This document shows positions 51,165-58,685 of a stretch of DNA of 60,271 bases, one piece after another. The stretch lies in IMG/VR virus record IMGVR_UViG_3300044825_000512, positions 1 through 60,271 of that record. One strand, 5' to 3'. This DNA is from a virus. Made by a program: the position numbers and the translations under genes. How positions within the stretch are numbered: the first letter of the stretch is position 1; every line of letters begins with the position of its first letter. The notes under the pieces are model-generated. The model worked only from the letters and a program-made list of their open reading frames with translations, was not told where the DNA came from and did not search any database.

Positions 51165-51194
51165 TTGACAATCTAAACCCCAGTTTAGTACCCT
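51165..51194 (+). promoter_or_regulatory. Promoter: TTGACA-N18-TACCCT overlapping the AACCCCAGTTTAG motif
   Basis: ggcTTGACAatCTAAACCCCAGTTTAGTACCCT, followed by GAGAGGAG and the ATG at 51218. Confidence 0.6.
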
Positions 51195-51217
51195 CTCCCA
51201 TAACGAGAGGAGTCCAC

Positions 51218-51760
51218 ATGGACAACGCAACAAACGCAGTACCAGTTGATGATTTTGAAATCATCGAAGAACCAGCCCGTGAGCCATTCATCGTAGATGA
51301 TGATTCAAAAGCAGATTGGGCTATGAGAAAACTTGCCTCTATCCGACGCAAGCAAGCCGATAACAAAGCCATCTTTGATAAGGAAATTCAGAGAGTCACA
51401 GAATGGCTTGAGAAGGTCAATACAGCCCTTGAAAGAGATGCTGAATGGTTTGAGGCTAACCTAAAGCCATACGCGCTCCTACAACGCTCTGAGGGGCGTA
51501 AATCGGTAGTTCTGCCCCACGGCACCATCAAGACCACCGCAGGTCGCGTCAAGTTTGATATTGAGAACGAAGAACAGTTCATCGCATGGGCTGAGACCAG
51601 CGCACCTGAATTAGTTCGAATCAAAAAAGAAATTGATAAAAAAGCCCTAGGTGCTTTGAATCAAGATGCTGATAAGGTAATATCAACCCAAGGTGAAATT
51701 GTGCCATCGGTCAAAGTTGTACCTGCCGAGGTATCAGTCTCATTTGTAATCGCAGAGTAG
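51218..51760 (+). CDS. Gam-like / Gp157-like host-nuclease inhibitor (recombination accessory)
   Basis: 180 aa from the ATG at 51218. Coiled-coil N-terminus plus ...VVLPHGTIKTTAGRVKFDIENEEQFIAWAE...VRIKKEIDKKAL. Upstream of the ERF gene. Confidence 0.55.
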   Translation: MDNATNAVPVDDFEIIEEPAREPFIVDDDSKADWAMRKLASIRRKQADNKAIFDKEIQRVTEWLEKVNTALERDAEWFEANLKPYALLQRSEGRKSVVLPHGTIKTTAGRVKFDIENEEQFIAWAETSAPELVRIKKEIDKKALGALNQDADKVISTQGEIVPSVKVVPAEVSVSFVIAE

Positions 51761-51771
51761 AGAGAGGAACT

Positions 51772-52443
51772 ATGGAAACCAAAGCATTATCAATCGCGCA
51801 AGCCCTCAATGAAGTCATGAAGGCAGTTGGAGGCATCGCAAAGAAAGACCGCAATCAAGCCCAAGGATTCAATTTCCGTGGAATTGATTCAGTAGTAAAC
51901 GCAGTATCTCCACAACTACAAAAGTTTGGAGTCATTGTTGTACCGACAGTTGAGGACTATTCCTATGACACAGTTGAGATTGGTCGTAATCGAACAGCGA
52001 TGGGTCATGTCAAAGTCCGAGTTACTTATACATTCATCGGTTCTAACGGTGACGCTATCAAAACAACAGTTGTCGGTGAAGCAATGGACTCAGGTGATAA
52101 GGCGACAGCCAAGGCAATGTCAGTCGCATTTAGAACCGCATTGCTCCAAGCACTTTGCCTACCAACAGATGAACCCGACCCTGACGCACAATCCTATGAG
52201 CGTTCCTCCGCTGATGATGTCTTAGCGCCTAGCGCAATTCTTACCAAGATTCATCAAGCGACTGATTTGGATTCACTTGCTTCAATCGGGCAGTACATCA
52301 CAGCGAACAAGGATAAGTTCAATCCCGAGTTGCTTGAACAATTCCGCGCTAAGTTCAAAGAACAACAGACCAAGTTGAACCCACCGAAATTGGAAGAGGA
52401 TGCCAATGTCGATACAACAGATACAACCCGAGTTACCGTATAA
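51772..52443 (+). CDS. erf: ERF-family single-strand annealing recombinase
   Basis: AQALNEVMKAVGGIAKKDRN...FNFRGIDSVVNAV...DKATAKAMSVAFRTALLQALCLPT. Confidence 0.85.
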   Translation: METKALSIAQALNEVMKAVGGIAKKDRNQAQGFNFRGIDSVVNAVSPQLQKFGVIVVPTVEDYSYDTVEIGRNRTAMGHVKVRVTYTFIGSNGDAIKTTVVGEAMDSGDKATAKAMSVAFRTALLQALCLPTDEPDPDAQSYERSSADDVLAPSAILTKIHQATDLDSLASIGQYITANKDKFNPELLEQFRAKFKEQQTKLNPPKLEEDANVDTTDTTRVTV

Positions 52444-52783
52444 CGGAACTTCAGGGCATAGCGGAACAGAGACAAGTAAAGGGCGAGCGCTCGACGCAGA
52501 CAGGTCAGGAAAGACTGCGTTGCGTCAGGCGCAAGCCTTGAACCTGCTCGGTCAAAGACAGGTCACAGGAATTACTTGGAAAGAATTTTCTGAGATTACT
52601 GGACTTCATCATGGAACTGCTTCGGGTGTATTGTCCGTCCTCCATAAAGCGGGACGCATTGCGCGACTCAAAGAGACTCGCAAGGGCTGTAAAGTCTATG
52701 TTGATTTGAGATGTATCAATGGTCGAGTAGTTGAAATTCAAGGGCGAAAGAAATGTTGCCCTCATTGCGGAGGTAATTTGTGA
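52400..52783 (+). CDS. Winged-helix DNA-binding protein with C-terminal CxxC
   Basis: GITWKEFSEITGLHHGTASGVLSVLHKAGRIARL. The start is ATG at 52400 or 52406. It overlaps the erf 3-prime end. Confidence 0.7.
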   Translation: MPMSIQQIQPELPYNGTSGHSGTETSKGRALDADRSGKTALRQAQALNLLGQRQVTGITWKEFSEITGLHHGTASGVLSVLHKAGRIARLKETRKGCKVYVDLRCINGRVVEIQGRKKCCPHCGGNL

Positions 52784-53496
52784 GCATACGATGGATAACA
52801 AAAGTTTGGAGCGACTCTCCTTATGATGGCACCAAACTTTTGATTCATCTTGCGCTCGCCGATATATCTCATGATGATGGACGCTTCTTTGCTTCTCAGT
52901 CAAACCTTGCTTCCAAGGGTCGTTGCTCTATCGAGTATGTCCGAAAGGTCATCAACGAGATGATTGCCGACGGTCATTTGAAGATAATCACCAAGGGAAA
53001 CTCTCGAGGCAACGCCACGGTGTACCAGTTGATTTGGAAGAAACTACCCAACTCAGTTGGGGAGGAACAAAGTTTAGGAGAGGTAGAACTCCCCAACTCG
53101 GAGGGGGACAACTCCCCAACTCTGATGCCCTCACTCCCCAACTCCACTCCGTACCATCCGTCCTATACATCCGTCCTATCTACAACAAAGAGCGACGAGA
53201 CTGCTATCGCAGTCGTCGCCGATTGGGAACAAGTTGCTAAACAATGGTGGGAAAAGCAAAGAGTCAAACCTTTAGGAAAAGGCGCTTGGCACTCGCTTCT
53301 TCAGATATGTAAAGCGGCAGAGGCTCGAGGGTATTCCAAAGAGCAGATTGAACAAGCACTTGATTACATCGGAACAGTTCCGACTATGAGACAGATGGAT
53401 TTAGTTTTACGAGGAGTGGGGGTCAAGACAAAACATGAACAGTCTGCTCATCGAGCGATTGAACTCGCAGAGAAACTCAGAGATGAATCTATCTGA
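52780..53496 (+). CDS. Replication initiator-like protein (N-terminal HTH_36-type wHTH)
   Basis: WITKVWSDSPYDGTKLLIHLALADISHDDGRFFASQSNLASKGRCSIEYVRKVINEMIADGHL. The central region encodes repeated LPNS peptides over DNA iterons. Confidence 0.7.
   Translation: MSIRWITKVWSDSPYDGTKLLIHLALADISHDDGRFFASQSNLASKGRCSIEYVRKVINEMIADGHLKIITKGNSRGNATVYQLIWKKLPNSVGEEQSLGEVELPNSEGDNSPTLMPSLPNSTPYHPSYTSVLSTTKSDETAIAVVADWEQVAKQWWEKQRVKPLGKGAWHSLLQICKAAEARGYSKEQIEQALDYIGTVPTMRQMDLVLRGVGVKTKHEQSAHRAIELAEKLRDESI
53044..53144 (+). repeat. Four phased direct repeats CT(A/C)CCCAACTC (candidate origin iterons) inside the initiator gene
   Basis: Copies start at 53044, 53089, 53112 and 53134, with spacings of 45, 23 and 22 bp. 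The first sits in the palindrome CCCAACTcAGTTGGG. Confidence 0.7.
53155..53180 (+). repeat. Tandem 13-bp repeat CATCCGTCCTAT(A/C) x2
   Basis: catccgtcctata and catccgtcctatc lie immediately after the iterons. Confidence 0.8.
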
Positions 53497-53875
53497 CATC
53501 GCAATCCTTCTCGGTTACATCGGCATCTATGACCTACGCATCCAAGTGGATGAACTCAAGGTTCGCGCTTGGGCGCAGTCTTTAGATTCTGATATTGATT
53601 TGGAAGAAGCAAAGAAAATTGTTTCTGCCCATTACTCCAATCATGACACGGCTATCAACCCATCTCACATAAATCGGGAGTGGCGTCATAGACTAGCCAG
53701 CCGTAGAGAACGCGAGCGCTCGCAGAGAATGTCTCTTGAGTATGAAGAGAATGAAAAGCGGAAGGCATCTCCTGAAGCGGTTGCGAAGTATATGGCGGAG
53801 ATACGACAAATTTTGAATAGAGGAACTGATGCTTCTTTGGAAACTGATAATGGACAGGTGGCATCTGACTCATGA
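53483..53875 (+). CDS. Hypothetical protein
   Basis: ATG at 53483 (MNLSDIAILLGYIGIYDLRIQVDELKVRAW...), with a 14-nt overlap with the initiator gene. Confidence 0.65.
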   Translation: MNLSDIAILLGYIGIYDLRIQVDELKVRAWAQSLDSDIDLEEAKKIVSAHYSNHDTAINPSHINREWRHRLASRRERERSQRMSLEYEENEKRKASPEAVAKYMAEIRQILNRGTDASLETDNGQVASDS

Positions 53876-53988
53876 AGATATTTCGATTTGTCGATTGGTA
53901 TTACAAGTGGCGGAACAGACGAGCGCAAAAGTATGCCCTGCTTGCTTGGACGCCATCGCGGATGAAAGACTCCAATGGCAAAGCCTAA
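53872..53988 (+). CDS. Small basic ORF (below ORF-track cutoff)
   Basis: ATGA overlap with the previous stop. 38 aa, MKIFRFVDWYYKWRNRRAQKY.... A competing ORF, 53829..54071, exists in another frame. Confidence 0.3.
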   Translation: MKIFRFVDWYYKWRNRRAQKYALLAWTPSRMKDSNGKA

Positions 53989-54361
53989 ACTTAGAGTTGA
54001 TGATGAGACTCGATTCGCAGTTCTCGCCCGAGCCTTCTACAAGTGCGAAAGATGTGGACGAGACTTCCTAGGATTTCCAGTCTCAGTTCATCACAGACGC
54101 CCTCGAATGATGGGTGGCAGTCGCAACGAGGACTTACATAAACCAGCGAATCTTATTGTTTTATGCGGGTCAGGGACTTCAGGTTGTCACGGTTGGGTTG
54201 AATCCAATCGAGATAAAGCAAGGGAGTTGGGCTACCTGATTCAAAAAGTTGAGTCTGCTCATGAGATTCCTTTTCAGGATAACAATGCGATTTGGTGGTA
54301 CATCGACAACGATTGTCAGAAAAGACAACTTGACACAACTCAAGGTGTACCTCATGTTTAG
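53975..54361 (+). CDS. HNH endonuclease
   Basis: CERCGR...VSVHHRRPR...NLIVLCGSGTSGCHGWVE. Confidence 0.85.
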   Translation: MAKPKLRVDDETRFAVLARAFYKCERCGRDFLGFPVSVHHRRPRMMGGSRNEDLHKPANLIVLCGSGTSGCHGWVESNRDKARELGYLIQKVESAHEIPFQDNNAIWWYIDNDCQKRQLDTTQGVPHV

Positions 54362-54364
54362 TCT

Positions 54365-54772
54365 ATGGATTGCCTTTGCTACGCAGACGACGCTGAACAA
54401 CTCATCTATCGACTTGAGTTGGCACAGCGCCCTTACACGACCAATGCGGAGCGTTCGGGCAACAGATGGGAAAGAGCGAAAATCACAAAAGAGTGGCGCT
54501 CGGCTTTTCAACTATTGGCTAAATATGAGAAGATACCCCCTATGGCGTGGATTAGCGTCACAGTTGAACCTCACCAAAAAGGCGGGAGGCTTCAAGATGT
54601 AGGTGCTTGTAATCCATCAGTCAAAGCGGCGATTGACGGAATAATTGATGCGGGAGTTCTTCCTGACGATTCTCCGCAATATGTTCGCTCATTGATTTTT
54701 TTACCGCCAAAGAACGATAGAAATTCGTTAGTGATTTATATTCGAGGAGCAAAGAAAGAGAGGACGATATGA
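54365..54772 (+). CDS. rusA: RusA-like Holliday junction resolvase
   Basis: PYTTNAERSGNRWERAKITKEWR...DVGACNPSVKAAIDGIIDAGVLPDDSPQYV. Confidence 0.8.
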   Translation: MDCLCYADDAEQLIYRLELAQRPYTTNAERSGNRWERAKITKEWRSAFQLLAKYEKIPPMAWISVTVEPHQKGGRLQDVGACNPSVKAAIDGIIDAGVLPDDSPQYVRSLIFLPPKNDRNSLVIYIRGAKKERTI

Positions 54773-54975
54773 ATTGGGACTTGATATGGACAGCAGTTGG
54801 TTTATCCATTGCTGGTTTTTTCATACTACCGTTTTATATTGCTATGCTAATCGCTTACAAAAAAGCGATGCTAAAAATTGAATTGGAGTTTGTCGCAACG
54901 GCGAATCAGATTCATAAGAAAGTTAGATTTGATGATGCTGTCGAACGCCTGTTCGAAGAAGGAGAAGCGATATGA
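54769..54975 (+). CDS. Small membrane protein
   Basis: 68 aa with the TM segment WTAVGLSIAGFFILPFYIAMLIAY. ATGA-coupled on both sides. Confidence 0.65.
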   Translation: MNWDLIWTAVGLSIAGFFILPFYIAMLIAYKKAMLKIELEFVATANQIHKKVRFDDAVERLFEEGEAI

Positions 54976-55271
54976 GTACAGTAATGGAAGCAACGGAGTT
55001 AGACGGCAAGGGACTTGATGAGGTCAAACTTTTGACCGATGCGATTAGAACACATCAATCGCAGATTCAAGATTTAGGTAAGCGTCGTAAGCAGTTGATT
55101 CTTCGACTACGCAAACAACGCATCACCTACCGAGAGATTGCTGAAGCAATGGGTGTATCAGAGCAGTTGATTTACAAAATTATCCGCAACGATATTGACC
55201 GAGTACCTGAGTACGATGCTGAAGGCAACTTGATTCGTAGACGAGGACGACCAGCGAAACCGCTTGTCTAA
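54972..55271 (+). CDS. HTH DNA-binding protein (sigma-70 region 4 / LuxR-like)
   Basis: ITYREIAEAMGVSEQLIYKIIRN, with basic tail RRRGRPAKP. Confidence 0.7.
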   Translation: MSTVMEATELDGKGLDEVKLLTDAIRTHQSQIQDLGKRRKQLILRLRKQRITYREIAEAMGVSEQLIYKIIRNDIDRVPEYDAEGNLIRRRGRPAKPLV

Positions 55272-56341
55272 TGAAGTTCATTGAACTTTTTGCTGGTATC
55301 GGCGCATTTCGACTTGGACTTGAAAGAACAGGTCATGAGTGCGTTTGGGCTAATGAATGGCTAGAGAGACCGAGGAGTATTTATGCCCGAAATTTCGGAG
55401 AACAACCTGACGGACGAGATATTAGAGATGTTTCCGCTGGAGACATTCCTGATGCCGACCTCCTCGTTGGAGGATTCCCTTGTGCGACTTTTTCAGTTGC
55501 GGGAAAGCGAACTGGATTCTCTTTGGATGACACCCGAGGGACACTCGCTTTTGAAATGTTTAGACTCGCTCACGAAAAATCAATACCGTATATCCTCTTT
55601 GAGAATGTCAAAGGACTCCTCAACCACGACGGAGGAAGAACCTTCGAAATCATCCTCGAAGTCTTGGATGGCTTGGGGTATGACTGTCAATGGGAATTGC
55701 TTGACAGCCAAAATTTCGGAGTCCCGCAACACCGAGAAAGGGTTTTCCTTATCGGACATCTTAGAGGAAACCCCCGACCAAAAGTATTTCCTATCGGAAC
55801 AGCAAGTGGAAGCAATGCTGAGTCGAACAAGGAAGAACGAGAAGGAAGGCAGGGGTTTTTCTCCCACATTTCTCCGACCCTTGACGCCCACTACTACAAA
55901 GGAGGAAACTCCCGACAATATGTAGTCGAGCAGTTCATCCGCCGAGATAACGCTTTTAGAACTTTTGAGAATGTTGCTCCAACACTTCTCGCTCACATGG
56001 GAACTGGCGGTAACAATGTTCCTTTCGTGAGACCAGTCTTGGATGTAGCCCGAGTAAATAAGAAACCAAACGGGCGACTCATCAAAGATGATGGAGACCC
56101 GATGTACACGATTACAGCACAAGACCGACACGGAGTTCTCACAGGTGATAGTGAAGGTTTTGCTCTAAGAAAACTAACTCCTTTGGAGTGTGAACGACTT
56201 CAAGGTTTACCTGATGGATGGACGGAGTATTACGAAGATGGACGAAGAGTTTCAGATTCCGAAAGATACGAACGGTGCGGGAGAACCATCACTATCCCAG
56301 TCGTGGAAGCGATTGGTCGAAGGCTTCATGAGTTCTACTGA
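55271..56341 (+). CDS. DNA (cytosine-5) methyltransferase-family enzyme with atypical motifs IV (PCA) and X (G-R instead of G-N)
   Basis: Motifs: I FAGIGAF, IV GGFPCATFS (Cys71, TGT 55481..55483), VI ENVKGL, VIII QHRERVFLIG, then LTPLECERLQGLPDGW. The motif X region reads RCGRTITIPV (Arg338, AGA 56282..56284). Confidence 0.9.
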   Translation: MKFIELFAGIGAFRLGLERTGHECVWANEWLERPRSIYARNFGEQPDGRDIRDVSAGDIPDADLLVGGFPCATFSVAGKRTGFSLDDTRGTLAFEMFRLAHEKSIPYILFENVKGLLNHDGGRTFEIILEVLDGLGYDCQWELLDSQNFGVPQHRERVFLIGHLRGNPRPKVFPIGTASGSNAESNKEEREGRQGFFSHISPTLDAHYYKGGNSRQYVVEQFIRRDNAFRTFENVAPTLLAHMGTGGNNVPFVRPVLDVARVNKKPNGRLIKDDGDPMYTITAQDRHGVLTGDSEGFALRKLTPLECERLQGLPDGWTEYYEDGRRVSDSERYERCGRTITIPVVEAIGRRLHEFY

Positions 56342-56975
56342 GCCATTCTCATTCGATACGATTCAAAACTTTGATGAGCATATTGCTCAATCAATCCCGA
56401 ACTATCACACACTAACTGAAGCCATCTGTGACTTGAGTACATACTTCATGACCGAAGATACTCAAGTGATTGACTTGGGTTGCTCAACTGGCAAACTACT
56501 TGAGCGACTTCCACACCGCGGTAAGAAAATTGGAATTGATATAGCCGACAATCTTTTGCCTGAGTCCCATCATGAAACTATCTATGTTCGCAAAGACCTT
56601 CGAGCCTTCAACGGTTTTGGTAAGTCGAGCCTCATCCTCTCGCTCTTCACACTTCAGTTCATTCCGTATGAGGACAGACCACACATCCTAAGCGTCATCT
56701 ATGAATCTCTAGTTGAGGGTGGGGCTTTTATATGGGCTGAGAAAGTTCGAGAAGAATCGGGCGAACTCGAGCAGGTTATCAACGGCGCTCATTACGATTT
56801 CAAACGCAAAGCCTTTACCGCTGAACAGATACTCAACAAAGAGCGCGACCTACGCCCGATGATGAAAGTAAACTCATCAGTTCGAAATCAGATATTGGCA
56901 GAGAACGCAGGGTTCACAGTAAGTACGATGTTTTGGAAGTTCTACAATTTCGAGGCTTGGTTGTATATCAAATGA
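56328..56975 (+). CDS. cmoA: CmoA-like carboxy-S-adenosylmethionine synthase / class I SAM-dependent enzyme
   Basis: 215 aa that aligns along its whole length with E. coli CmoA from memory. Matching strings: QSIPNY, QVIDLGCSTG, FTLQFI, GGAFIWAEK, HYDFKR, AGF and FYNF. It overlaps the MTase gene by 14 nt. Confidence 0.8.
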   Translation: MSSTEPFSFDTIQNFDEHIAQSIPNYHTLTEAICDLSTYFMTEDTQVIDLGCSTGKLLERLPHRGKKIGIDIADNLLPESHHETIYVRKDLRAFNGFGKSSLILSLFTLQFIPYEDRPHILSVIYESLVEGGAFIWAEKVREESGELEQVINGAHYDFKRKAFTAEQILNKERDLRPMMKVNSSVRNQILAENAGFTVSTMFWKFYNFEAWLYIK

Positions 56976-58159
56976 AAGCGAAGATAAAAGTTGGACAAGT
57001 TGATTCAGTTCCTATCGCATCCCTTGAGGCGTACCCGACAAATCCTCGTCGTGGCGATATTGAAGCGATTGCTCAATCTCTCAAAGCCCATGGGCAGTAC
57101 AGACCGATTGTTGTACAAGTTGGCTCTAACTTTATCCTCGCGGGGAATCACACATACAAAGCGGCGAGGAAACTCGGCTGGAAGAAAATCAAAGTCACCT
57201 ATGTCGATGTAGATGAAGAGAGCGCTCGCAAGATTGTCTTGGCTGATAATCGATTGACCGACCTTGCCACTTACAACGAGCCATTGCTCAAGAATCTTTT
57301 ATCGGCTTTACCTGAACTCGATGGCACGGGCTTTACTCAATCTGAGGTTGAGACTTTAGATAGGCTCATGACTGGCAAGGATAAAGACCCTATAAGCGAT
57401 TCTAAGTCTTTACCTAGCGACCCTGAAGTAAAGGTTAGCGCTTGGAAGTTTACGGTTGAACTCGAGGCTTACAAGGCTTGGAAGGAGCAGTTATACACCG
57501 AGGCTCCGACAAAACAGAAAGCCATCAAAGCAATCAAAACCCGATTGGGATTACCTGAACGCAAACCAGTTGAACCTCAACCTCACCTTGAGCGTTCTGA
57601 TTCAACTCCTGAAGATATAGAGACAGTTCCAATCAACGAGGTCAAAGTTCACCCTCTCAACCCGCGTGAGGGCGATATAGGCTCAATCATCACCTCCCTT
57701 GAGGTAATGGGTCAGTACCGACCTATCGTGGTCAATAAGCGCACCAAGCACATTCTTTCGGGAAACCATACTTATCAAGGAGCAGTCCAGTTGGGATGGG
57801 AGAAGATTGCCGTTCATTGGGTTGATGTTGATGATGTCGAGGAGATAAAGATTTTGATTGTGGATAATCGAACAAGCGACTTGGCAACTTATGACCCGCA
57901 GGAACTCAACAAACTTTTGACTTCAACAGGATTGAAGGGAACAGGATTTACCGCTGAAGAGGTCGCAGAGATTCTCTCGGGTGGAAAATCCAAGCCTGGG
58001 CATATCCCCGTAGGTCGAACAACAATTCGAGTGGGTGAACATTCAATGAGAGTTCACACAGAGGATTTGAATGAATGGGCTAATTCAATCTATGGATGGA
58101 AAGATGTCGCTGAGTTATTATTGATACCACTAGAGGCGTGTACAACCGAGGTAGAATAA
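56972..58159 (+). CDS. Protein with two tandem ParB/Srx-like N-terminal domains
   Basis: ATGA-coupled. The domains are YPTNPRRGDIEAIAQSLKAHGQYRPIVV...LAGNHTYKAARKLGW and HPLNPREGDIGSIITSLEVMGQYRPIVV...LSGNHTYQGAVQLGW. Confidence 0.85.
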   Translation: MKAKIKVGQVDSVPIASLEAYPTNPRRGDIEAIAQSLKAHGQYRPIVVQVGSNFILAGNHTYKAARKLGWKKIKVTYVDVDEESARKIVLADNRLTDLATYNEPLLKNLLSALPELDGTGFTQSEVETLDRLMTGKDKDPISDSKSLPSDPEVKVSAWKFTVELEAYKAWKEQLYTEAPTKQKAIKAIKTRLGLPERKPVEPQPHLERSDSTPEDIETVPINEVKVHPLNPREGDIGSIITSLEVMGQYRPIVVNKRTKHILSGNHTYQGAVQLGWEKIAVHWVDVDDVEEIKILIVDNRTSDLATYDPQELNKLLTSTGLKGTGFTAEEVAEILSGGKSKPGHIPVGRTTIRVGEHSMRVHTEDLNEWANSIYGWKDVAELLLIPLEACTTEVE

Positions 58160-58163
58160 AGCC

Positions 58164-58682
58164 ATGACGACGGCAGTAGTAAAGAAGAAGAGCGGTAAAC
58201 CCAAGGGCAGACCAAAGGGGACAACCGTTCTACTCGACGACACAAGACGCGATGAACTTATCAATCTGATTGTTCTCGGTGTTCCAGTTAGCAAAGCGGT
58301 AGGCATGGTCAATCTTGCTGAGTCCACTTTCTACCATTGGATGAGCCGAGGAATGACAGAGCGGGATAGATTGGCGACGATTCCTGATGCCAAACCTAAA
58401 CCCGAGGAGAAAATATATTTAGATTTTTTAGAGTCTTTGACACGGGCGAGAAACGAAGCAATCGCTAAAAAGGTCGCAGTTATCTCAAGTGCGGCGAGTC
58501 AAGGTGATTGGAAAGCATCGGCTTGGTGGCTTGAGCGTCAGGTACCTGAAGAGTTCGGGCGCATTGATAAGCAAGAGGTTCTAAGCCATTCGGTGTCGGA
58601 GGTTCGAGTTACAGTCACCATGGGAGAACTTCAAGAGAAGATAGCCAAGGTTCTCGAGTCACGCAAAACAAGAAGCGCCTAA
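58164..58682 (+). CDS. terS: Terminase small subunit
   Basis: 172 aa. Basic N-terminus KKKSGKPKGRPKG and HTH GVPVSKAVGMVNLAESTFYHWM. Directly upstream of terL. Confidence 0.8.
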   Translation: MTTAVVKKKSGKPKGRPKGTTVLLDDTRRDELINLIVLGVPVSKAVGMVNLAESTFYHWMSRGMTERDRLATIPDAKPKPEEKIYLDFLESLTRARNEAIAKKVAVISSAASQGDWKASAWWLERQVPEEFGRIDKQEVLSHSVSEVRVTVTMGELQEKIAKVLESRKTRSA

Positions 58683-58685
58683 CTC

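Noticed and set aside
55383-56131. Alternative-frame ORFs 55383..55925 (+) and 55580..56131 (-) within the methyltransferase gene
   Set aside because: The 55271 frame contains the full ordered set of C5-MTase motifs. The others have no motifs or SDs.
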